IMG/VR virus record: IMGVR_UViG_3300026522_001173
Reading direction: 5' to 3' (one strand)
Length of the DNA: 64,000 nt
From: an uncultured virus (IMG/VR IMGVR_UViG_3300026522_001173)
Lineage: Duplodnaviria > Heunggongvirae > Uroviricota > Caudoviricetes
In this document: positions 37,776 through 46,723 of the stretch, piece after piece
Layout of the letters: every line of letters begins with the position of its first letter
Numbering within the stretch: position 1 is the first letter of the stretch
Translations under genes and position numbers: made by a program
The notes under the pieces: model-generated
Databases searched by the model: none
Seen by the model: the letters and a program-made list of their open reading frames with translations, nothing else
Told to the model about the DNA's origin: nothing

Positions 37776-38960
37776 TCAGGAACCCTTCTTCATCTGAAGA
37801 AGCTGGATGGCCTCCGGCAGGATGACCTTGCCGTCCACACGCTCGGTTGCCACATAGCCGATCTGACCGTTAGTAGCGTAAAGCTCGTTCAGACGCTGTA
37901 CAGTTCTGCCTGCACGATCACCGATCCAGTAGTTCTGGAAGTCACCGAATGCGATAGCATATGCACCCGCTGCAACAGTAGGAACGTACGGAGAGGTGTA
38001 GATATCGTAGCCGAGCAGCTTATCAGGCTGACCTGCCTGTACAGAAGGCTGCCACAGGTATGCGCCGTTGCTGTCCTTCAACTTACGGAGCAGTGCAACA
38101 GTTGCATCGTTCATAAGGAACTTTGCGTTTCTGCGATAAGGAGACTTAAGCGCATAGACAAGAGAAAGCACCTCGTCAACAGTGATTGCCGTTGCACTTG
38201 CCGCTGTTACACCGACAGTACCGCCATCCTTGGTGAAAATACCTGTAGGCTGTCCGTTTCCGGTGCCCACGCAGAACGCCTGCTCTTCGGCAATGCCGAA
38301 AGCTCTGGCAAACTCTGCAGCGATATAGTCCTCCAGATCAAACTCGGAATCCTGCAGAAGTTCCACGCTGACACGGATCAGATCTGTCAGCTTGAAAGAG
38401 TCGATTTTCTTCTGACCGAAGGTCGGATTCATCTCAGTGAAAGGCGCATTCTCCGCAGTCCAGGTCGCAGCAGAATGTCCGAGTGCAACGGGAATCTTTC
38501 TATCGTGATGGGTAGTGATGACCTTTGCGATAGAACGGATCACATTAGCCTCGTCAAGCCCTCTGACGATCTGCTGTTCGAATTCCTCCGGCACGAGATA
38601 ACCGCCCTCTTCATCTGTGCTTTCAGAAAGCACATTGTGGATGAGATTCTTACCGCGAAGATGTCTGCCGAAATCTTCCTTGTAGGCGTTTGATGCACGT
38701 CCGGCCTTTTCAGGCTCATTCTTTTCGGGCTTCTGGGTAAGCGGTCTGTCTACAGGCTTATTCAGTTCAGCCTCGATAGCATCTCTGCGCTCCATACGCT
38801 TGATCTCATTGGTGAGGTCGGAGAGGTCTTTCTCCATGTCGGTATAGGTGGCATCGTCCTCTGCGGATAGGACGCCCTTGTCGTTCCTGTGGGTATCGAG
38901 GAATCCCTCCATCGTAGCCCACAGCTTTGCTCTCTTTTCACGCATTTCGATAATAGTCAT
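37776..38960 (-). CDS. Major capsid protein, HK97 family
   Basis: GGYLVPEEF, VS.ELL.DS, G.G.GQP.G, LKDSNG.YLW and FGDF motifs. Confidence 0.97.
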   Translation of the reverse strand: MTIIEMREKRAKLWATMEGFLDTHRNDKGVLSAEDDATYTDMEKDLSDLTNEIKRMERRDAIEAELNKPVDRPLTQKPEKNEPEKAGRASNAYKEDFGRHLRGKNLIHNVLSESTDEEGGYLVPEEFEQQIVRGLDEANVIRSIAKVITTHHDRKIPVALGHSAATWTAENAPFTEMNPTFGQKKIDSFKLTDLIRVSVELLQDSEFDLEDYIAAEFARAFGIAEEQAFCVGTGNGQPTGIFTKDGGTVGVTAASATAITVDEVLSLVYALKSPYRRNAKFLMNDATVALLRKLKDSNGAYLWQPSVQAGQPDKLLGYDIYTSPYVPTVAAGAYAIAFGDFQNYWIGDRAGRTVQRLNELYATNGQIGYVATERVDGKVILPEAIQLLQMKKGS

Positions 38961-38975
38961 TGTCTTTTACCTCCG

Positions 38976-39740
38976 TTAAATAAAGTTTTTGATAGTATTC
39001 AGCTGTTCCTTGAGCATATCAACGGAACGGCCGCAGATTTCTTCCTGCACTTCGGACGCGGATTCCATTTCCGCCTTTGGTGCAGTCTTTGCTTTGGCAG
39101 AGATTTTATTAAGCAGCGCTGCCTCTGCCGCTTTCCCGGAGAACGCATAAGCCGGAATATCCGTTACAGACTTTTCATCCTCAAGAATGCCGTCTGCGAA
39201 GCCCAGTTCCACAGCTTTCTTTGCATTCATCCAGGTTTCGCTGTCCATAAGGTGTGACAGCTTCGCTCTCGACTGGCTGGTTTTGATCTCATAAGCATTG
39301 ATAATGCTCTCTTTGACCTCGTCCAGCATTTCGATTGCTTTCTGCATATCGGTATAATCGCCGTATGCCAGTGTTGCGGGATTATGGATCATCATAAGTG
39401 CGGTAGGTGCCATCAGCACTTCAGTGCCTGCCATTGCAATGACAGAAGCTGCAGATGCCGCAACACCATCGATCTTTACGGTCACATCATCCTTGTAGTC
39501 CATAAGCATGGTATAAATCTGACTTGCAGCGATGCAGTCTCCACCGGGTGAGTTGATCCACACAGTAATGGGGCCGCTGCCTGCGAACAGTTCCTCACGG
39601 AACATAGCGGGAGTAATATCATCATCGAACCAGCTCTCCTCCGCAATTGTTCCATACAGCTCCAGTTCACGAGCCTCTTGTGAGTCTTCGCTTTCCGTCT
39701 GATTCTTCCAAACCCAGAACTTCTTCGGTTTGTTCTTCAT
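38976..39740 (-). CDS. ClpP-type prohead protease
   Basis: INSPGG, AASAASVIAMAG, MMIHNP and ETW..A..AVELGFAD motifs. Confidence 0.95.
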   Translation of the reverse strand: MKNKPKKFWVWKNQTESEDSQEARELELYGTIAEESWFDDDITPAMFREELFAGSGPITVWINSPGGDCIAASQIYTMLMDYKDDVTVKIDGVAASAASVIAMAGTEVLMAPTALMMIHNPATLAYGDYTDMQKAIEMLDEVKESIINAYEIKTSQSRAKLSHLMDSETWMNAKKAVELGFADGILEDEKSVTDIPAYAFSGKAAEAALLNKISAKAKTAPKAEMESASEVQEEICGRSVDMLKEQLNTIKNFI

Positions 39741-40995
39741 CGGTTGATTCCTCCTTCATAGGTTCACTTGTATCTGCAAAAGCTCCCGCTCTTTTCAGAG
39801 GGAGCATATTGCCGTTGATAAGGTATAAATCGCCGCCTTCCTCGGCAGGTATACGGTCAAGATTTTCCAGTTCCCGGATGTCATTAGCGCTCATCCAGCC
39901 GTTCTGTCTTGCCGTAGCATATCCGTTCATGCGACTCTGGTAATCGCCCCTGAGAAGACCGTCTACATTGAATTTCACATAGTAGCGTTTCTTCTCATCG
40001 TCCGTAAAAAGGCGTCTGACAATAGACTGTTCCCACCTTGCGACCCACGGATCCAGCGTATATTTCACGAACTCCAGTGACTGCTGCTCAATATTGGAAA
40101 AGCTCGACTTTTCAAGGTCTCCAACCATGTGGGGAGGTACTCTGAAAATTCGAGCTATCTCATTGATCTGGAACTTCCGTGTTTCCAAAAACTGTGCCTG
40201 TTCCGGTGATATGGAGATGGGTGTATATTTCATGCCTTCTTCGAGGACTGCGACCTTGTTGCTGTTATGAGAGCCGCCGAAGGTCTGTTGCCAGCTGTCA
40301 CGGATACGGGCAGGATCTTTGAGTGTGCCGGGATGTTCCAGAACTCCACTTGGCGCTGCACCATTTGCAAAGAATTTACTGCCGTATTCCTCTGTTGCGA
40401 TAGCAAGTCCGATGGCGTTTTTAGCCATTGCAATGGGGGAGTAGCCCACAAGACCATCAAACCCCAGCCCCGGAATATGCAGCACATCATTCGGTGTCAA
40501 CTTTACGGAAGACTGTTTATTGATCGGTGCATCATCCTGGCTGGTGCGGTATTCATAATAAAGCTGCCCGTCACTGTCACGGTCAACTGTCATTCTGTCC
40601 GGCATCAGCGGGTAAAGGGCGATGATCTCGCTTTTACCGTTTCTGATGATCTGTGCGTAGGCATTACCCCACAAAAGCAGATGAGTCATGAGCGTTTCCC
40701 GGAATACAAAGGAAGTCATTTCCGGATTCGGCTCATCATGCAGAATTTTATACAGAGGATGCTCCACCGCTTTCGCCGTACCCTCATCCTTCACTTCATA
40801 AACATGAAGCGGAAGACTTGCGATTGCCTCCGATAATATACGGACGCAGGAATACACCGCTGTCATCTGCATTGCTGACCGCTCATTGACACGCTTGCCG
40901 GATGAAGTTCCTCCCATAAAGAAACTGTAGGCGCTCCCGGCCGTCCTGTTCTGAGGCTTATCCCTCGATTTAAACAGTCCGCTGAATATACTCAT
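39667..40995 (-). CDS. Portal protein, HK97 family
   Basis: VYSCV..LSE.IASLP, PNP.MT, GNAY, GYSPI and IARIFRVPP motifs. Confidence 0.97.
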   Translation of the reverse strand: MSIFSGLFKSRDKPQNRTAGSAYSFFMGGTSSGKRVNERSAMQMTAVYSCVRILSEAIASLPLHVYEVKDEGTAKAVEHPLYKILHDEPNPEMTSFVFRETLMTHLLLWGNAYAQIIRNGKSEIIALYPLMPDRMTVDRDSDGQLYYEYRTSQDDAPINKQSSVKLTPNDVLHIPGLGFDGLVGYSPIAMAKNAIGLAIATEEYGSKFFANGAAPSGVLEHPGTLKDPARIRDSWQQTFGGSHNSNKVAVLEEGMKYTPISISPEQAQFLETRKFQINEIARIFRVPPHMVGDLEKSSFSNIEQQSLEFVKYTLDPWVARWEQSIVRRLFTDDEKKRYYVKFNVDGLLRGDYQSRMNGYATARQNGWMSANDIRELENLDRIPAEEGGDLYLINGNMLPLKRAGAFADTSEPMKEESTDEEQTEEVLGLEESDGKRRLTRGS

Positions 40996-41013
40996 CTTCA
41001 TCACGCTCCTTTT

Positions 41014-42621
41014 CTAAAGTACGAGCAATCCTCTGCTGTCATATACAGACTCGCTGTTGACATTTCCGCATCGTATCGCTCTGTCCAGTCCCATGATGGT
41101 GGCAATTGCGCCATCGATCTTTTCTGTTGATTTTTCCTTGTCCGCCTTGATGTTGCCTGCCGGATCCTGGCGGATATAAATGTTGTCCATCATCCACCGA
41201 AGAAGCGGATGTCCGCCGTGTGCGATCCGTTTCTCCAATGTCAGTTTCATCAGTTCCTTGGTCGGCGGAGACATATCTTTAAAGCCCTGGCCGAACGGCA
41301 CGACCGTAAAGCCCATGTCCTCAAGGTTCTGCACCATCTGTACCGCGCCCCATCGGTCAAAAGCGATCTCACGGATGTTGAAGTGCTCACCGAGGTTCTC
41401 GATGAACTTTTCGATATATCCGTAATGCACCACGTTTCCTTCCGTGGTCATGAGGTACCCCTGTTTCTCCCAGACATCGTATGGAACATGGTCGCGCCTG
41501 ACTCGAAGCTCCAGCGTATCCTCCGGCACCCAGAAGTATGGCAGGATGCTGTATTTATCCTCCTCATCCTCCGGTGGGAATACCAGAACGAATGCCGTGA
41601 TATCTGTGGTGCTTGAAAGGTCAAGGCCGCCGTAGCAGACACGCCCTTCCAGATCCTCCTCGTTTACCGGGAAGGCGCAGGCATCCCATTTATCCATAGG
41701 CATCCAGCGCACAGACTGTTTGACCCACTGGTTCAGCCTGAGCTGCCGGAAGGTATTCTCATCGGCAGGATTATCCTTTGCCTCCTCGCAGGCGGTTTCC
41801 ACTTTGTCGATCCCGACCGTGATGCCCAGGGACGGATTGGCCTTCATCCACACCTTTGGATCTGTCCAGTCATCCTCCTCATCCGCGCCATATATAACGG
41901 GGTAGAAGGTAGGATCGATCTTTCTGCCTTCGATGATGTCCTTGGCTTTCTGGTGGATCTCATAGCAGATGGAGTTTGTATCGTTTCCGGCTGTGGTGAT
42001 CAGAAAATACAGCGGCTGCATCCTGGCATCACCGCTGCCCTTGGTCATTACATCAAACAGCTTTCTATTCGGCTGCGTGTGCAGCTCATCAAAAATAACC
42101 CCGTGGGTGTTGAAACCGTGCTTATTGGCCACATCCGCCGACAGCGCCTGGTACCGGCTGCCGTCCCGGAGGACTTCCATTTCCTTGGTGCTGTCCTTTA
42201 TCTTGATCAGCTGGCTCAGCTTCCTTGATTTCTTCACCATGTCCGCAGCAACATTGAATACAATCTTTGCCTGGTTGCGGTCGGCAGCACAGCCGTACAC
42301 CTCTGCGCTCGGCTCAAAGTCCATGCAGAGAAGATAAAGCGCCACCGCAGCGGCAAGTTCGCTCTTGCCCTGCTTTTTCGGGATCTCGATATATGCCGTA
42401 TTGAACTGGCGGTATCCATTTTCTTTCAGCGTACCGAAGATGTCCCGGATGATCTGTTCCTGCCAGTCGATCAGTTCAAAGGGCTTTCCATCCCATCTGC
42501 CCTTGGTGTGACAGCAGTATTTTTCTATAAAACAGACCGCATGGTCGGCAGCATCCTTATCGTAGTAGGACCCCTCCGCCATGAACCTGGTCGGCTTGTA
42601 GTTCTTCAGTTTCCGTATCAT
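41014..42621 (-). CDS. terL: Terminase large subunit
   Basis: EIPKKQGKS Walker A, IFDELH Walker B, ITTAG, GLDLS and KIDG motifs. Confidence 0.97.
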   Translation of the reverse strand: MIRKLKNYKPTRFMAEGSYYDKDAADHAVCFIEKYCCHTKGRWDGKPFELIDWQEQIIRDIFGTLKENGYRQFNTAYIEIPKKQGKSELAAAVALYLLCMDFEPSAEVYGCAADRNQAKIVFNVAADMVKKSRKLSQLIKIKDSTKEMEVLRDGSRYQALSADVANKHGFNTHGVIFDELHTQPNRKLFDVMTKGSGDARMQPLYFLITTAGNDTNSICYEIHQKAKDIIEGRKIDPTFYPVIYGADEEDDWTDPKVWMKANPSLGITVGIDKVETACEEAKDNPADENTFRQLRLNQWVKQSVRWMPMDKWDACAFPVNEEDLEGRVCYGGLDLSSTTDITAFVLVFPPEDEEDKYSILPYFWVPEDTLELRVRRDHVPYDVWEKQGYLMTTEGNVVHYGYIEKFIENLGEHFNIREIAFDRWGAVQMVQNLEDMGFTVVPFGQGFKDMSPPTKELMKLTLEKRIAHGGHPLLRWMMDNIYIRQDPAGNIKADKEKSTEKIDGAIATIMGLDRAIRCGNVNSESVYDSRGLLVL

Positions 42622-42718
42622 CTGTGCCGTCACCTTCCTCCTCAATCGGAATCAGCCACGATGGGTCCGGGACCATCGCATCGTATGGCAGTTCCGTTCT
42701 GTCTATCAAAAATTTCAT
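42557..42718 (-). CDS. Small acidic hypothetical protein overlapping terL
   Basis: GGAGG plus ATG at 42718; 53 aa. Confidence 0.4.
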   Translation of the reverse strand: MKFLIDRTELPYDAMVPDPSWLIPIEEEGDGTDDTETEELQADQVHGGGVLLR

Positions 42719-42823
42719 AAGCCCTCCGAGGCATAAAAAATAGCCGCCATAAGCGACCTTCAAAAAAGTATGTGTACGAGAGACAGAGCCTCTCGGCTCC
42801 GTTCCCGGAATGCTCCGTGGTTG

Positions 42824-43102
42824 TTAAGCGTTCATGGCCCAGGCGATGGCGTGTCCGTCATCTTCAAATTCGACCTCGCTGACCTCCGCCAGTCCGATGG
42901 TGCTTTCGCAGTCGTGTTTGCCATCCTCCAGGAATTCGTAAGCTGCTCCAAAGTAGCAAGGCTTGTTCTGTCCGTTGTAGTAGTATCCTGCCATGATCAC
43001 CTTATCTCCAAAGGTCAGCACCTTGCTCCATCTGCATTCCAGATCTTCCGGTGTGGTGGGGTTCGGCAGTCTAAATTTTCTCATTGCTTCGTTAATCGTC
43101 AT
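42824..43102 (-). CDS. Hypothetical moron protein
   Basis: 92 aa with GGAGG RBS. Confidence 0.65.
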   Translation of the reverse strand: MTINEAMRKFRLPNPTTPEDLECRWSKVLTFGDKVIMAGYYYNGQNKPCYFGAAYEFLEDGKHDCESTIGLAEVSEVEFEDDGHAIAWAMNA

Positions 43103-43123
43103 GTCCGTGCCCTCCGTCCTTCC

Positions 43124-43447
43124 TTAGAATGTTTCTGTCCAAATGATGTTCATGTTCTGAAGCTCTGCAGTAAGTTCCGCGCCGCGCCGTATCTCATCGG
43201 CTGTTTTCAGAAGTCCCTCGACCGTAGGCTGTCCGCCCATCTTCCGGACGCTTGCTGTAACCGTCAGGCTCTGCTCGATCCTGTGCGCCGCCCAGTCGGT
43301 GTTTTCCGTAGTCTGTACCGTGAAGGTGAAGTTCAGTTCCTCGCTGATGATTTCCGTCAGCCCCTGGAATCCCGGCTGCTTGCTTGTTTCAAATCCGTGC
43401 GCCTGCGCCGCTGATCTGATTGCCTCGTTAACCTGTGCCTTTGTCAT
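43124..43447 (-). CDS. Hypothetical moron protein
   Basis: 107 aa with GGAGG RBS and its own promoter at 43476-43522. Confidence 0.65.
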   Translation of the reverse strand: MTKAQVNEAIRSAAQAHGFETSKQPGFQGLTEIISEELNFTFTVQTTENTDWAAHRIEQSLTVTASVRKMGGQPTVEGLLKTADEIRRGAELTAELQNMNIIWTETF

Positions 43448-43475
43448 GTCTGTATCCTCCGTTTTCTGTGGTTTT

Positions 43476-43522
43476 CCCTTTCGGTATGTACATATATCAC
43501 TCTAAACCACATTATTATCAAG
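43476..43522 (-). promoter_or_regulatory. Repeated moron promoter (AGAGTGAT box)
   Basis: Near-identical to 45326-45372 and related to 46640-46686 and 5101-5140. Confidence 0.7.
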
Positions 43523-43583
43523 TCATTTTCGAGAAATATATGTACCAGAGATAGGGGAAAATCCACGGCAGGAATTGTGTATA

Positions 43584-43784
43584 TTATTCCTGCGTGTGAC
43601 GGTGGATCGTCTCGATGATCTGCTCCTGCTCCTTCTCATCCACGCCGATAGACCGGAGTGCCTGTCTCGTCCCACAATCCGGGCAGATAAGCGTTTTGTT
43701 GTCTGTTCTCGAAAGAGCCGGAACAGCACCGTATGTTTGTCCGCAAAGCGGGCATGTCCTTATTTCTCTGATTTCCGCTTTCAT
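43584..43784 (-). CDS. Small Zn-finger protein
   Basis: CPLCG...ALSR.DN...ICPDCG motif. Confidence 0.75.
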   Translation of the reverse strand: MKAEIREIRTCPLCGQTYGAVPALSRTDNKTLICPDCGTRQALRSIGVDEKEQEQIIETIHRHTQE

Positions 43785-44248
43785 ATCTGCATTGCCTCCT
43801 TGCTGTCTTTTACAGCCTTCCACAGTTTTTCTTCATCGAATCCAAATGATCTGTATCCCTCAAGACAGGTCTGCATATAATAACGGCTCGGAATCCCGCA
43901 GCGTCTGTCCTCGTGCATGATGTATACGAAGGTGTTCCGTATCCGAATCCGTCCGCTGCGAATTCCCTTGATGGGGAGCTTCATCTCTGCCTTGTAGTAG
44001 AAGCGAGGAAAGCCCTCATAGCGGTCAAGTGCCCTTTCGTCGTCCTCTGTGACTTCCCATGCTGTCACGGGTACGCTTGCTCCTTCAAACGGTTCGATGG
44101 TGAGGTAGGAACCAGTCTGACTGCCCTTGAACAGTAAACGGTAGTTCGTAATCTCGCTTGTGCCGATGATTCGTGCCGAAGGGCAGCGCATCCGCATCTG
44201 CGGGATATTAAGGTTGCTGCCGTAGGCGATGTAGTATTTTTTTGCCAT
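43781..44248 (-). CDS. Gamma-glutamylcyclotransferase (AIG2-like)
   Basis: YIAYGSNL..QM..RCP and LDRYEGFP motifs. Confidence 0.9.
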   Translation of the reverse strand: MAKKYYIAYGSNLNIPQMRMRCPSARIIGTSEITNYRLLFKGSQTGSYLTIEPFEGASVPVTAWEVTEDDERALDRYEGFPRFYYKAEMKLPIKGIRSGRIRIRNTFVYIMHEDRRCGIPSRYYMQTCLEGYRSFGFDEEKLWKAVKDSKEAMQI

Positions 44249-44334
44249 ATTCGTTCATCCTTTCCGAAGGTTACCCCTTCTACCACCCTAAGACCGCCGA
44301 AGCGGTCGTGGGCAGGGCATTTAACCTAATTCCT

Positions 44335-45282
44335 TCAAGCGGCGGCTCTGCCGTGCCGGAAGGCTGTGTCCCCGGAAAGATTTCTTGTCAGGAAGTCCCT
44401 TGCCGTTGCGAATTCGTCTCCGATGAATCCGAGGCGGAGGAGCCAGGTTCTCATGGCGTATTTCGGATTCTCTTTCTGCTGCTCCTTTGGGCTTGCCGTC
44501 CGCACATCCTTTGCCATCTGGCTGAGTGCGAGGCAAAGCTGAATGTAGCTTTTCAGCTGTCCGGCGTGAATGCCGCCCTTACGTTCTGCTGTCGGCTCAT
44601 CGAACTGGAAAAGTCTGAACTCGATGGTACCTTTGGAGAAGGTAGCGTGGAGATTCAGCATATGATAGCGGCTATCGTTGTAATGCTGTGTTCTGCCATA
44701 ATTTGCACCGTTTTCGGTGTACCAGATATCGGCAAGCTGGCTCATTGTCTTTGGTTTGCGCTTATTGACCTCCTTGAGAAAATGCGGGTCTACCGTGCGG
44801 CAGTAGCGGTCCATTCGGTAGGTGTCGAGCTTCAAAGCCTCGGCAATCAGCGTCTCGTGGCTTGCCATGATGTTGGCGAGGTTTCTGAGCGTCTGTGGTG
44901 TATGACCGTTCGCTCCTATGTGGATGTGGACTCCGCAGCCTCGGCTGGCATCGCTTTTCGCTCCTGCGTGTCTCAGTTGTCTGCAAAGCTCCTGCAATGT
45001 TCCGATGTCCTCGTAGCGGAGGATTGGCGTAACCATCTCGCATTTTTCATCGTCTGCGCCGTGAATGGAAACATCCCTCTGGAATTTCCACTCTCGTCCT
45101 TCGCTGTCCCATGCGCTCCAGGTGTGGTAGCCGTTTCTGTAGGCCGTATCCTCGTATCGGCCTGTTCCGAAGAAGTCTGCGGCAATCTTCGCTGCTCTGT
45201 TCCTTTTGATGTTGTTCATCTCGACTTCGACCCCAATGGTCTGCTTCTTCATTTCAGTCTGCTGACGCTCTGTGTTCTTCAT
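44335..45282 (-). CDS. Putative amidoligase (COOH-NH2 ligase family)
   Basis: GVEVE, DVSI, EMVTP, CGVHIHIG, RY..LN and TIEFR motifs. Confidence 0.9.
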   Translation of the reverse strand: MKNTERQQTEMKKQTIGVEVEMNNIKRNRAAKIAADFFGTGRYEDTAYRNGYHTWSAWDSEGREWKFQRDVSIHGADDEKCEMVTPILRYEDIGTLQELCRQLRHAGAKSDASRGCGVHIHIGANGHTPQTLRNLANIMASHETLIAEALKLDTYRMDRYCRTVDPHFLKEVNKRKPKTMSQLADIWYTENGANYGRTQHYNDSRYHMLNLHATFSKGTIEFRLFQFDEPTAERKGGIHAGQLKSYIQLCLALSQMAKDVRTASPKEQQKENPKYAMRTWLLRLGFIGDEFATARDFLTRNLSGDTAFRHGRAAA

Positions 45283-45325
45283 GGTGTGAACCTCCGAATT
45301 TTCTTGATTTCCGCGGGTTTCTTGT

Positions 45326-45372
45326 CCCTTTCGGTATGTATATATATCACTCTAAACCACACTTATATCAAG
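45326..45372 (-). promoter_or_regulatory. Repeated moron promoter (AGAGTGAT box)
   Basis: Near-identical to 43476-43522. Confidence 0.7.
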
Positions 45373-45441
45373 TTATTTCGGAGCATAAATGTACCAAAGT
45401 TTCAGCCCTTTTTTCGGGCATAACTGTGTATATTATGTCGG

Positions 45442-45834
45442 TCATTCCACATCATCTGAACAGATATCCAGTCCCTCTATCAGCTTTGCATAGATGGTCG
45501 TGTACCGTTCGCATTCAGCGCCTTCCGAGCCTGCAATGCCTTGCAGGAAGAAGTTTGCTGCCTCCGTCCTGCTGTCCCAGACACGTTTCTCTCCGTAGCA
45601 GATGGTTGTCACGCTGTCGAGTTTCTTTACGATATCCTCGCCGTAGACCACGTTCAGTCCGCTGCCGTTATCCCATCTGACCATGACCGATGCCGTATCA
45701 TCGACACCGATCACGGTCCCTTTCGTTCCGATGGGAGGTGCCTGGACATCGTCCATCCGTTCCAGTTCCACACGGGAGCCTGCAGGGTACTGCCTGCGTA
45801 TCCGCTCCACAATCTCCTTACTCGGAAATTTCAT
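45442..45834 (-). CDS. DUF4314-domain protein
   Basis: YPAGSRVEL..MDD...PP.GT.GTV..VDD...WDNGS.L motif. Confidence 0.85.
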   Translation of the reverse strand: MKFPSKEIVERIRRQYPAGSRVELERMDDVQAPPIGTKGTVIGVDDTASVMVRWDNGSGLNVVYGEDIVKKLDSVTTICYGEKRVWDSRTEAANFFLQGIAGSEGAECERYTTIYAKLIEGLDICSDDVE

Positions 45835-46537
45835 GGTCAGCACCTCCGTTCTTGAAAGCAGAAGATCCGGTCAGGTTCTTCAGCAGGATCTTGCGGTCTT
45901 TCTTGTACTCCGCTCCAATGAAGCCAAGCCGGAGGAGAAAGCACCGGAATGCGTATTTCTCATTGTCGACTTCTTTCTCAGTTGCTGTGACTCGCTTGGC
46001 TTCTTTTGCCATCTTGCAGAGCGCTGCGATGAACTTGGTGTATGCCATCGCCGTATCCGGTTCGACCTCATCAAACCAGGGGAATGCCACCCGGTCTTCC
46101 TTGATCTCGATTCGGATATCGTCTGTGCCAAGCGCCTTCTTTATCAGGCTGCCTTTGGCGTCCAGAAGTTTCGTAAGGTTTCCCACGTTCATCTTGTCGA
46201 GCGGAATCTCCACCGTAAGCCCCGTGGTTTCGCCCTGTGGCGCGTTCTCCGGCTCTTTGGTCGTTTCCTTTGCCATTCCTTCCACGGTAGTTTCTCCGCC
46301 CTCCTGCGGCTCACATTCAAAGCCTGCCGCAACGATGGCTTCAAGCACCTGCTCGACCTCTTCAGAATAGGCTCTGTCATCGAATTCCAGAGTGCCGTCC
46401 TTCGTGACTGTGAAGTAATCGATCTCGTAATTGCAGGTCGGCATGAACTTGTAGACTGCCTTGGCACCTGTGGTGTCGGAGATGATCTTGACCAGGTCTT
46501 TTCTCCTCTGTCCTGTTACGTTGTAGCGTACCTTCAT
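45818..46537 (-). CDS. Conserved phage 'virulence-related' protein
   Basis: RK.LV..I...G..A.Y...P, FPWF and NEKYAFRCFLLRLGFIG motifs. The C-terminus resembles the end of the amidoligase. Confidence 0.75.
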   Translation of the reverse strand: MKVRYNVTGQRRKDLVKIISDTTGAKAVYKFMPTCNYEIDYFTVTKDGTLEFDDRAYSEEVEQVLEAIVAAGFECEPQEGGETTVEGMAKETTKEPENAPQGETTGLTVEIPLDKMNVGNLTKLLDAKGSLIKKALGTDDIRIEIKEDRVAFPWFDEVEPDTAMAYTKFIAALCKMAKEAKRVTATEKEVDNEKYAFRCFLLRLGFIGAEYKKDRKILLKNLTGSSAFKNGGADHEISE

Positions 46538-46723
46538 CTGTGCGTACCTCCTTGTTTTTCGCTTGTTTTCTTTTCTCGGCTGTCGCCTCGGTCGGTGCTT
46601 CTCAGCCTGCGGCTGAGAGGTGTCCACCGGACACCCGCACCCTTTCGGCATGTATATACATCACTCTAAAGCCCCGAAATAGCAAGCAAATAAGCGATAA
46701 TTCCGAGGTAGAATTACCACCCT

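Noticed and set aside
44242..46669. Long plus-strand ORFs of 393, 328 and 226 aa
   Set aside because: Antisense to well-supported minus-strand genes and lacking motifs.
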